In this document: positions 53,140 through 64,000 of the stretch, one piece after another
Numbering within the stretch: the stretch's first letter is position 1
Layout: the number at the start of each line of letters is the position of its first letter
Source of the DNA: Octopus sinensis
Lineage: Eukaryota
Direction of reading: 5' to 3'
DNA length: 64,000 bases
Assembly: GCF_006345805.1 (NCBI RefSeq)
Contig: NC_043013.1
Coordinates: forward strand, 43,958,001-44,022,000
Made by a program: the position numbers and the translations under genes
Notes under the pieces: generated by a model
Seen by the model: only the letters and a program-made list of their open reading frames with translations
Database searches by the model: none
What the model was told of the DNA's origin: nothing

Positions 53140-53533
53140 CTAGCAGTATCGCCCGGCGTTGCTCGGGTTTGTAAGGGAAATAATTATATAAGCATTTTTA
53201 GAGATGTAAAGTATAATAGCCATCTCAATATGGCTAACCACAAAGGGGGAGGGGTGTTACTGTAGCTTTTTACGTTCTGAGATTTAATAATAAATTTTAG
53301 AGAGTTACTTCCCTTATATATGTCAAAAATGGATTAAAAATGGGAAAAATTGATGGTAAATTTTTTTTTAAATCGTAGACTCATCGTAGACGTGCGCTAA
53401 TACCCAGACGGTCTCGATATGAATCACGACTATAAGATACCGGTTTTGGTTAAACTGCACCGCAAAATGTGGGAGTAGTTAGGAATCTAAATCGTAGGAG
53501 ACAGACACACAACCTCACTTTTATATATAAAGA
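53140..53533 (-). mobile_element. Non-autonomous Helitron
   Basis: Minus strand: A|TCTTTATATATAAAA...CCCGAGCAACGCCGGG hairpin..CTAG|T; no TSD. Confidence 0.85.
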
Positions 53534-53625
53534 TTTCCTCTATTTACATAATATTGAGGTCTCTTTCTTTCTTTTGTTATCTACTGTTTTTACCAATATA
53601 CATATATATATATAAATATATATAG

Positions 53626-53945
53626 TTACAGAGATGTACTTGCATAGCAAGTGACTTGATCTGAGATCGTGTGCTGGAACGAAAACAGTTGCAGCGTTGA
53701 AGGTGTTTATAAGCCATTTAAGAAACACAAAAACCGTTAGATTCACTTCAACATTTAAATTTAATTTGTCAAAATATTTTCGTCGCTTTGAGACCGCGAC
53801 CTATTAGCACGATATTTTTGTCAGTGAACAGGTCGCGGTCTCAAAGCGAGGAAAATATTTTGGCAAATTAAATTTAAATGTTGAAGTGAATCTAACGGTT
53901 TTTGTGTGTTTCTTAAATGGCTTACAAACACCTTCCACGCTGCAA
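53626..53945. mobile_element. HHR family H1 repeat with ~115-bp foldback arms
   Basis: Arms 53689-53802 / 53830-53945; flanked by (TA)n; same family as 8835-9085. Confidence 0.7.
53817..53867 (+). ncRNA. Minimal type I hammerhead-like motif, G3:C8 variant
   Basis: TTTGTCA-GTGAACA-G-GTCGC-GGTCTCAAA-GCGAG-GAAA-ATAT-TT-TGGCAAA; opposite arm retains GCGAC-GAAA. Confidence 0.65.
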
Positions 53946-54300
53946 TATATATATACACACATATATATATATGTATGTATGTATGTGTGTATATGTGTAT
54001 GCATGTATGTGTGTGTGTGTGCGTGTCTGTGCTTGTCCTCCACCACTGCTTGACAACGAATGTTGGTTTGTTTACATCCCTGTCACCTAGTGGTTTGACA
54101 AAGGAAACAGATAGAATAAGTACAATGCTTACAAAAATAAAACTGGAGTTGATTCATTAAACTACAATTCTTCAAGGCATTGACCCAGCATGGCCACAGA
54201 CCAATGGCTGGAAAAAGCAGAAGAATAAAAGAATACATTCTCTGCTTTGGTCTTATGTTCAGGGCATGAGAAAGCTTGAGTTTACATGAGAAGGCCTAAC

Positions 54301-54590
54301 AGACCTGGTAGAAACAGCAGCCAAATCTCCCTCAAATCACACCTTACTGTCTTATGTATGTATATATATATGAGCCAATGAGGGGGACCTCTACATGGTA
54401 GCTAGACCTGGTAGAAATAGCAGCCAAATTTCCCCCAAATCACACCTTACTGTCTTATCTATGTATATATGTATGTATGAGCCTATGAGGGAGACCCCTA
54501 CATGGCTGCTAGACATGGTAGAAATAGCAGCCAAATCTCCCTCAAATCACACCTTACTGTCTTATGTATGTATATATATATATATACAAG
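54301..54590. repeat. ~103-107-bp tandem repeat x~2.8 of family G fragment + microsatellite
   Basis: AGAC(C/A)TGGTAGAAA.AGCAGCCAAAT starts at 54301, 54404, 54511. Confidence 0.9.
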
Positions 54591-55376
54591 CCACTACGGT
54601 TATTTAATGTAAAGTCTTCCTCAAATCACTCTCGCTATTTACTCTCTTCCAAGAACATTTTCACTCACTCTTATCTCTTAGCTTGCCATACATTTTACTC
54701 ATGTATCTATCAGCGTGATAGACAGAAACAAATATTACATCGCCATCGCATTCTATTGTCTACCTGTCAACACACACACAGTGAATTACTTTCATTTTAT
54801 TCGTTGCACACTGTGCGTGTGCGTGTGGTGTAAACCACATTAAGAAAAGCATTTGACATACACACCAGAATGTGAGTTCTCTGTAAATTTTGTTTAATTG
54901 GAGTTTAAATTTTAAAAACTGGACCTGGCATGACCCGATGCATTCTACTCTTAAAAATGCTAGGTAAATTGTAATTGAAGAAATCCTATATTGTAGATTT
55001 CTATAACTGACAAAGGGAAGCAGATAAAATCTGCCTTTTATAATAAGAGATTACACGTGTTCCACTTGCTAATAGGAATTACTAAGTTTCACATGTTACA
55101 TAGACATGTAAGGAATTTCCTATTAGAAACTCTTCAGAGAATAGAATTTTCTTCCCTCACCAGAGCAGTCTGTGCTGCTCCTGGTTACTATCTAAATATA
55201 AATGTAAAATATGTATGATTTAATTTCTTTGCATAACGAATTTCTAAAGGAAAATCCTTACCTGCCTATATAACATGTAAAACTTTGTAATTCTTATTAA
55301 CAAATGAAACCCATGTAATGGTGAATAAATAATAATAAAAATTGGAGTTAAACGCAGGTGTTATTCAAATTCTTTT

Positions 55377-55465
55377 ACTTCCAACACATGTTTCGAAGAT
55401 ATCACTGGTATTATTCCAAAGGAATAAAATGGTGTAAAATAATGTAATCTTCTTTTCAGGGAAGT
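55377..55465 (-). ncRNA. Hammerhead-like motif with long stem II loop (family H4), G8A
   Basis: ACTTCC-CTGAAAA-GAAGAT-46nt-ATCTTC-GAAA-C-ATGT-GTT-GGAAGT; 6-bp stem I and 6-bp stem II both perfect. Confidence 0.5.
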
Positions 55466-55771
55466 GAAGAAATGAAACTCATCAATAAGACATTTTAACA
55501 GAAAATGATGGATATGTATAGTGATTAACTGAATGATATTAAGATTGTTTCAAAAAAACGTTATAGGATATAATGTCAGAGGTAGCCTATAGAAAGGGGA
55601 GGGATAAAGGAAAGAAAAACTAAATAAATGAGAAGTATATGACTATATGTATATTAAATAAAACCATGGAGTTACAACCTTTCTACTTGTGCGATTTTTT
55701 TCTACCCTGGTAACTATTTATTTTTCCATGTTAATTATTAATAAGGGAAAAATACACACATCTATTTTTTT

Positions 55772-55837
<66 letters not shown>

Positions 55838-56949
55838 ATATATATATATGTATATATATATTCTGTTATTCTTTTATTTGTTTCAGTCATTTGAATATGG
55901 CTATGCTGGAGCACCACCTTTAGTCAAACAAACCGACCTCACGACTTATTCTTTAAGACTTATTCTGTAAGCCTAGTACTCATTCTGTCGGTCTCTTTTG
56001 CTGAACCGCTAAGTTACAGGGGTGCAAACACACCAAAAATCGCTTGTCAAGCGATGGGTGGGGGACTAACACAGATGCACACATAAAACAGGCGTCTTTC
56101 AGTTTCTGTATCAATAAGTTTCAGATATGTAAACAATCTCAAACCACTTATCAAGTACTGAGCCACACACACACAAAACAGGCCTCTGTACCATTTCTTT
56201 CTACTGGATTCACTCCTAAGGCATTGGTTGGCTTGGGGGTCATGTGCTTACCCAAAGACCCACACAGTGGATCTAAGCCCAAACCCACATGTTTGTGAAG
56301 GGAGCTGCTTAATTACACAGCCATGTCTACACTTATATATGTACAGTTCTATATTTTAGTTTTCATGAACATCCTGTCATTTTCTCAACTATTGCACATC
56401 TACGACTATATTATGCTGCGTATCCCTCCCATTTTGAGATGGTACAGTGTAATTTGTTGGCGATTTGGCTGCTATATCTACCAGGTTGTGCTATCAGGTA
56501 AAGGTTCTTCGTTGGCTCAGTAAGACCAGTTAGCTCGTGATGTGAAAGCACACATATGTATACAACATATTAGTTTACAACATATTAATATGCTTAAAAC
56601 ATGTTTAGCCTGATTGAAAAAAGATTATTAGGGTTATAACTGCAAATGTTTCAACAAATGCTGGGAAGTCAGCACCCGTAACATATTTCAAGACTTAAAT
56701 GGCCCTCACATCAGGTAGAAATATTTCTGTCATATGACTCACCACTGATAGCATAAATAAACCATATTGTGTAGTCACAGATGTAGACATGATAGATTTT
56801 AAGAATCTAAAATTACATGGAATAACATGAAGCATGGTTTTCTAACCTAAACATTGATTTTTTTTTCCTTTTCTTTTTTTTCTTTTTTTTTTTATGATCA
56901 TTAGTCACCAAAATACAGTAGTACTAATGATCATTGCAGGCCCTATTAA

Positions 56950-57591
56950 CCCCTTTGATACCAACCTGCCTGTGACAGCCCCTGAATCAATGATACAAAC
57001 TTCCTGCTTGAAGTTATTTAAATTAAAAACTTCAATCGAAATTTCTTAATCAGTTTATTTTCCAAACCCCAGCTTAATAATTGACAAAGTTATCTTAATA
57101 AATTCTTCTTTATTTTAAAAAACTAATTGGAACAAAAGCAATGTAGGATCTTTTCGGTTTGAACGGCAGTTTTTTCTAGCGGTGTCATATGAAATTGTCA
57201 CCCATAATTATGACCCTAGTATCGATCTATTGCAGTTCTATCTGTTTTAGGGTTAGAGGGGAAGGGTATCTTTTTTTCTTCAGAAATGTAAATAAACCCA
57301 ACCTGTTTCTTAAACGAGGGACATATTCATATGGCACAGAATGTTTTTTTTTACCTCAATAGACATCAGTGATTGGTTGAAATTGCAGAAATTGAAGAAA
57401 AAAAAACAACAAATATCTTACAAACTATAGAATTTTCTCAATAAAGCCAAGAGAAAAAGATGTTTTATAAACACATTCTACCAGTATACGAAGTTTAAAA
57501 GTGTTTAGTTACCTAGAAATTATGTTAAAAACTGCCGTTCAAACCGAAAAGATCTGTAGTGTATTTTGATGGAAATAAGGTAACAAAAGGA
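56950..57591 (+). mobile_element. piggyBac-like MITE (P1 variant) interrupted by GG-TIR MITE
   Basis: TTAA at 56946-56949 and 57592-57595; homologous to 25867-26079 once the insert is removed. Confidence 0.8.
57146..57555 (+). mobile_element. GG-TIR MITE
   Basis: Same TIR as 9477; flanks GCAATGTA / GTAGTGTA. Confidence 0.9.
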
Positions 57592-57852
57592 TTAAGCCAT
57601 TAAGTCCATGTCTGCAAGAAAGAAATTCCTGAGGAAAGACATGCTGGGGAAAGGAAATTGGCATAGTTATTAGTGTCGGTTGTGGAGGTTAGAATCATGC
57701 AGTAAGGATGATGACAGGAAGAATCAGATATGTTAATTGGGTGTGTATGGAGATGGCTTGCAACTAGCCAATTCCAGAAAGCAGACTAGGAAAAAGGATG
57801 ATGTGACATGCCTGTAGGTTAGAAGATATAATGTGCTTTTTTGTCTTTTTTT

Positions 57853-58104
57853 TATTCTCGGCATATAGGTTCCCCACTTGGACGGGACGCTGGTCCGTCG
57901 CAGGTGAGCTGCGAGATGCAGGAGGAAAGAGTGAGAGAAAGTTGTGGTGAAAGAGTCAGCAGAAGTTTGCCATTACCTTCTGCCAGAGCTGCATGGAGCT
58001 TAGGTGTTTCGCTCATAAACACACACATCGCCCGGTCTGAGATTCGAACTGGCGATCCCTTGACCGCGAGTCCGCTGCTCTAACCACTAGGCCATGTGCC
58101 TCCA
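57853..58104 (-). mobile_element. SINE family B variant
   Basis: Reverse complement tRNA-like head GGAGGCACATGGCCTAGTGGTTAGAGCAGCGGACTCGCGG. Confidence 0.85.
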
Positions 58105-58234
58105 CTAATGTGTTTGTGGGTGGGTGCTAATAAGTTAGATGTATTTCTTATGGACAAGGTTGAGATTCATAACATATCAAAATACAGATGATATTAGATA
58201 TTATAAATACCAATTTAAGACAGAAAGTAAGCAT

Positions 58235-58654
58235 AAGGCGGCGAGCTGGCAGAAACGTTAGCACGGCCGGCAAAATGCTTAGCCGTATTTCGTCTGCCAT
58301 TACATTCTGAGTTCAAATTCCGCCGAGGTCGACTTTGCCTTTCATCCTTTCGGGATCGATTAAATAAGTACTAGTTATGCACTGAGGTCGATATAATCGA
58401 CTTAATCTGTTTTGTCTGTCCTTGTTTGTCCTCTCTGTGTTTAGCCCCTTGTGGGTAGTAAAGAAATAGGTATTTCGTCTGTCTTTATGTTCTGAGTTCA
58501 AATTCTGCCGAGATCAACTTTCCCTTTCACCCTTTCAGGGGTCGATAAATTAAGTACCAGTTATGCACTGGGGTCGATGTAATCGACTTAATCCGTTTGT
58601 CTGTCCTTGTTTGTCTCCTCTATGTTTAGCCCCTTGTGGGCAATAAAGAAATAA
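58235..58654 (+). mobile_element. SINE family C full copy + tandem 5'-truncated copy
   Basis: Full 58235-58468; repeat of body 58469-58654. Confidence 0.88.
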
Positions 58655-58812
58655 AAAGTAGCAGTAAGCCCACTGACAAGATTCAGACCACATACCTCTT
58701 GCTTCTTGGGTGACTGCCTTACTGATTACATTACAGACATTGCACGATTCTATGTTAAATTAGATACCATAATCTGTTTATATTTTAACTGTACTAATTT
58801 ATCTTTCTCAAG

Positions 58813-59224
58813 ATAGGCGTAGGAGTGGCTGTGTGGTAAGTAGCTTGCTTATGAACCACATGGGCCGGGTTCAGTCCCACTGTGTGGCACCTTGTGCAAG
58901 TGTCTTCTGCTATAGCCTCGAGCCGACCAAAGCCTTGTGAGTGGATTTGGTAGATGGAAACTGAAAGAAGCCTGTCGTATATATGTATACATATGCATGT
59001 GTATGTGTGTATATGTTTATGTATCTGTGTTTGTCCCCCCAACATCGCTTGACAACCGATGCTGGTGTGTTTACGTCACCGTAACTTAGCAGTTCGGCAA
59101 AAAGAGACCGATAAAATAAGTACTAGGCTTACAAAGAATAAGTCCTGGGGTCGATTTGTTCGACTAAAGGCGATGCTCCAGCATGGCCACGGTCAAACAA
59201 CCGAAACAGGTAAAAAAAGAGTAA
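58813..59224 (+). mobile_element. SINE family A, full length
   Basis: As 52120-52512. Confidence 0.92.
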
Positions 59225-60456
59225 AGATAAATTTGTCGGTCTTTTTACTTCAGTTGTAAAGGCTATTCTGTTAACACACATAAAGTCAGTTATGATTTGT
59301 CTGGCAATTGATAGATATGTAGTTCTAGATCTGTCAGTAGGCTTGCTGCATTTTGTCTATCTCAAATTTATTCTCAGTTGGTCTATTATCATTTATATTA
59401 ACATCTTGGTAGTTAATTTATGATATTTATAATATGTGCTGAAATATAAAATTGTCTGATGTTCATACTGCATGACATTCCAAATAATTTTTATATAAGT
59501 AAGATCAGTGAACTGATTGCTGGTGAGATAATCTTTTAGTTTGTAGAAAGAGGATAACATGTGTATGGTAAAACATGGTTCATATTCTGTTATGTGTTTT
59601 CACAATTCTTTGTATTAAATCAGTATTAGAGAAGAGGAGAACAACAAAACTAAAAGATTGTTATATTCTTTAACACATGTCTGGATTTAATCTTTAACAG
59701 CAAGGCTCTGAGACAGAAAGTTCCATTTTAGAGATGGGTGGTGTATATTGGTGGTGATTAAGATGTAAATGAATCTTGCTTCACTTTGCAAATTCTCTTT
59801 CGAAATTAGCCAGAAATCTAAGCCCACAATAGAAGGCTTGTTATGAGCAGCTTGGCACATGAATTTCTTGGTAGATTGATGGATGGGATTCCTGGTTAGG
59901 AAAGCAGCTAGCAGATGGCATTTATGGAAATTGGTTTCTGACAGAATACTGAAGAAACTATTCTCTCTGGCCGTCAGGATTCAAAAAAAATTTTCAGTCA
60001 ATTTTGTTTGAATTTTGCTTTTTTCCAAAATCGCCCTAGTTTTTTTTTTTTCGTTTGTTTATGATTTTTTTAAAATGAAGAATAACAAACCCAGAAATAG
60101 CTTAAACATACATGTAATGAGGCAAACCATCTTCCATTATGTGATGAAGTTTCTAGAGTCAACAGGACTTGTGACAAATTCAAAAGGTAGTTTCAGTTTA
60201 CACAACACAATTCTATTAGCAGACTAAAACCAAATAAAATTTGACTCATCATTTTTTAAATAACCCTAATTTTGCTGACAAAATGTTCCTAAAGATTTAA
60301 AATATTGCTCTTCATCAGTTTGTTCACGATCATTTTCATTGTCCCCCTTTGGGTTGGACGAGACTTATTAAGACAGTATTCTATGGCTGGATGCCCTTCC
60401 TGTTGCTGATGCTTGTTTTTCAAATAAGATATTTTATTTATTCCACTGGTGTTTAA

Positions 60457-60666
60457 CCCTTTAGTGTTTGCATTATTCTGCCAAAATTAATGCTTCTTTA
60501 TCCACTTTGTTTTGAACTAATCATGCATTATCTTGTAGCTATGAGATTTTGATGAGGTAGCTGTTAATTTTTTAATCGATATTGTAGGGTTGGTGTGAGA
60601 GACCAGATCTGGTCAGTTTGAACATAAAACAGGCAGAATACTTTTGGCAGTTTAAATGCTAAAGGC
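60457..60666 (+). mobile_element. piggyBac-like MITE P2
   Basis: TTAA|CCCTTTAG...AATGCTAAAGGC|TTAA. Confidence 0.85.
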
Positions 60667-61354
60667 TTAAGTGTCAAAACTGCTGAAATAAGGAACATAC
60701 TATTTGAGGGTCAGGAACAAAATGTTGCTACTGCTTAAGTGGTGTCTGTGTGAAAACACAAAAACAAACACTCATGCACACAAATACACACACTTTATTG
60801 AAGGATACTCAGGTGCAAATGATAATGGGAGTTGCAATTCCTTATATCAGTGGTGTTGGGGTAGGATAAAAGGAAAAAGGAGAAAGTCAAGTCATGGGTT
60901 CCCTGATAACTTTTTCCAGCCACACAGCTATAAAGTAGCTGATGTTGCTATGATGACTATAATGTTTGAAGGTAAAATGGGAAGGAGGTTGGTTTAATTG
61001 ACTATACCCCACCCCCTTCCACACATAAGCATATTTGTGGCCTTGCACCTGAGTTAGAAATCACTGTTGCTTTTATTGCTGTTTAATCCCTGATTAAGCT
61101 GACCTATGATCAAAAGCAATATCCTATTTTTTTATTCAGCACAAAGTGTACCCCAGATTACACTATTCAATATATCTGTCCTTCTTTTAAAATGATGATA
61201 GGCTATATTTAACATAGATTTGCCAGCTTTTGTAGTAGGTTGAGTTACTGTGTAGATGTTCCCTGGGAAAAGACAAGATTCCTGACCACTAGATTGATAT
61301 TCCTTGTATAAAGTGGTTCAATGTTTGAATCAGCAGAGCATTGGACAAAATGCT

Positions 61355-61778
61355 GGATCTTTTCGGTTTGAACGGCAGTTTTTTAAAATAATTTCCACGT
61401 AACTAAACACTTTTAAACTTCATATACTGGTAGAATGTGTTTATAAAACATCTTTTTCTCTAGGTTTTATTGAGAAAATTCTATAGTTTGTAAGATATTT
61501 GTTGATTTTTTTCTTCAGTTTCTGCAATTTCAACCAATCAATGACATCTATTGAGGTGAAAACATTCTGTGCCGTATGAATATGTCCCTCGTTTAAGAAA
61601 CAGATCGGGTTTATTTACATTTCTGAAGAAAAAAAAGATACCCTTCCCCTCACCCCTAACCCTAACCTTAACCCTAAAAGAGATTGAAATGCAATAGATC
61701 GATACTAGGGTCATAATTATGGGTGACAATTTCATATGATACCGCTAGAAAAAACTGCCGGTCAAACTGAAAAGATCC
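61355..61778 (-). mobile_element. GG-TIR MITE
   Basis: Same TIR; flanks CAAAATGCT / CAAAATGCC (9 bp, 1 mismatch). Confidence 0.9.
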
Positions 61779-62536
61779 CAAAATGCCTTGTAGTATTTAA
61801 TTTCAACACCTTACATTTTAAGTCCAAATCCCGTCTCACTATATGTTCTGTTTTGTTTTTCATCCTTCCATAGTCATTAAAATAAAAACCAGTCATATTG
61901 TGCAGTCAGTTTTATTTTTATTGATTATACTTTAAAAAAAGAAAAACCTATGACTGTGCCAATATTAGAAAGCATTACTTTGTAATTGTTAGTGAAGACA
62001 CATAACTCAGTGGTTAGAGAGTTGGGCTTACCATTGCGAGATTGTGAGCTTGATTCTCAGAACAGGCCATGTATTGTGTTCTTGAGCAAGACACTTTATT
62101 TTGTGTTGCTCCAGTTCATTCAGCTGTTGAAATAAGTTGTGGCATCACTGGTGCCAAGCTGTGTTGGCCTTTGCCTTTCCCTTAGACAACATCAGTGGCA
62201 TAGCAAGAGGAGTCTTGTATACTGGGGCGACTGCTGATCTTCCACAAGACAACCTTGCTCGGGCTTTTCCGTCAGTAGGAAACTTTCCAGGTGCAATCCC
62301 ATGGTCATTTGTGACTGAAGGGGGCCTTTATGCTTACTTTATTATTATTTTTTATTACCAGGTGTAGGGCAATGGGGGACAGAAATGTTCACATGATACT
62401 GAACATCTAACTGTTGTTGTTTAACCCCCACCTCAACCTTAATTGAGCAAACCTATGATCAAAGACCTTCTAATAATAAGCCCATCATATTTTCAGATAT
62501 ATCTAGCACTGCATCATTCAATATGTTCTTGTTTAA

Positions 62537-62745
62537 CCCTTTCATTATTGTATATATTTTGAGATCCTCTGTGTTTCTTTCAATTAATTTTAAATATAAC
62601 GAAGAATTTAGTAAAATAACTTAGTTATCATTAAGCTAGTGTTAGGAACATAAACTGTGATTAAAGTTTTGGGGAAGATTTTAATTCAAAAATTGTGAAA
62701 ACAAGACATTTGCACTCAGAGTCAGCCGGGTTGGTAACGAAAGGG
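62537..62745 (-). mobile_element. piggyBac-like MITE P1
   Basis: TTAA|CCCTTTCATT...GGTAACGAAAGGG|TTAA. Confidence 0.85.
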
Positions 62746-63612
62746 TTAAAATTGTGGGAATTTCATTTGCATGGGATTTGACTGCTATAAATGGTCGAAC
62801 AAGCACCTAGAGGCTCTTGTTGCTTCATCATGCCTTATAATTATTTGGTTACATCACATTATATTTGTGGTTCAAATCCTATCCAAGCTGACTTTATCTT
62901 TCATCCTCCCAAAGTTGATAGGTACCACCAAAGTACTGAGATTGATTCTATGAAATATACATTCTTAACAATGCAACACAAAAATTAACCTCAGTTTTTC
63001 AAATTATATTAAACATGTAATACCCTACCACAGTCTATCCTCAAGTTTTATGGCATTGTGTTATTGTACATGAAGAAATAATTATTGTTACATTAACCAT
63101 CGTTATTTCATTTTGCTATTTTTTGTTACATTCCTGAGATTAACACCTATTCGTTTGTGATTCCATTTCACGGTACATAAGCCAAATGGGTTTTACATAC
63201 ACACACGAATTACAAAATATCAACAAGTACATAATGGCCAAATATTTTGGTGCATGACTTTTGGCCCACCCTGCCCGCACGCATGCACAGATACGCACAC
63301 ACACACATCAAGCATGTTTAAATTTCTTTTCTCATGTTAGCAAAAGAGGTGTAATAAAGCCCAGAGGCATTTAAACTCACAAATATCTAAGTACATATGT
63401 GTATCTCTTTTGCCAATATACATCAGTAAAAGAGGCAAAAATTGGCAAAAAGACCAAAATACTAATCTGTTCAAATAAATATAACTCTGTTTGGTAGTTC
63501 CTATTGCATTGTACAAAATTCCTTGAGGCTCTTGCTGTCAGAAATGTAGTAACCCAAGTGCTGGCCAGTTAGATATCTGTAACCAGCAATACTGTTTGTT
63601 TGGCAAATGTAA

Positions 63613-63946
63613 TCTATATATATATAAACGGCAAAATGTGTGTGTGTCCTTTATACAAATCCACAATTTTTCAGTTAGAGGGCTCGCACTTTCTATGGTC
63701 ATTCAAAACCGTCCAAGGGTGGCCGTGCATATCTTTACATTTCCCCAGTCACCCAGCAAAGCCATTAAAAAATCAATAGAAGTGACTTTTTTGTGAATTT
63801 TCTATCCAAAACCCAATCAAAATGCCCGAAACATGATACGCCAATTGAATGCCAGCTAGCTGTATGTGATTGGTCTGAGATTTGTTCAGTACTCGCTTTG
63901 TCATCAGGTTTTGTCATGACCCGGTGTTGCCGGGTCATAGTGCTAG
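63613..63946 (+). mobile_element. Non-autonomous Helitron
   Basis: A|TCTATATATATAAA 5' end; 9-bp hairpin ATGACCCGG-TGTTG-CCGGGTCAT (63916-63938); CTAG|T 3' end. Confidence 0.88.
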
Positions 63947-64000
63947 TATAACATGCAATAAAATAAATTAAATGTAACCAAAAAGGAGGTAATCAAATAT

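Overview
AT-rich, repeat-dense eukaryotic (animal) DNA. The tRNA-derived SINE families, abundant (TA)n/(CA)n tracts and MITEs match what I recall of Octopus (coleoid cephalopod) genomes; this taxonomic call is inference. I could not identify any intact host protein-coding gene, and most supplied ORFs are microsatellite or transposon artefacts. Recognisable coding remnants are all transposon-derived: two 5'-truncated RTE LINEs with 8-bp TSDs, a ~1.5-kb decayed CR1/L2-type reverse transcriptase, a second RT fragment, and a near full-length decayed mariner (Hsmar1-like TIRs, D34D spacing). Non-coding elements include four tRNA-headed SINE families, piggyBac-like TTAA MITEs, GG-ended 8/9-bp-TSD (Merlin-like) elements, Tc1/mariner MITEs and non-autonomous Helitrons. 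The most interesting signal is a set of minimal type I hammerhead-ribozyme (HHR) motifs in five unrelated repeat families. One family carries a compensatory G3:C8 core (GUGAACA instead of CUGANGA). Another is a tRNA-headed SINE whose insertion has Penelope-like inverted plus tandem architecture. Every HHR copy in the window carries at least one probable defect, so activity is predicted only for family consensus sequences. Boundaries without a stated TSD or TIR are approximate (about +/-10 bp).
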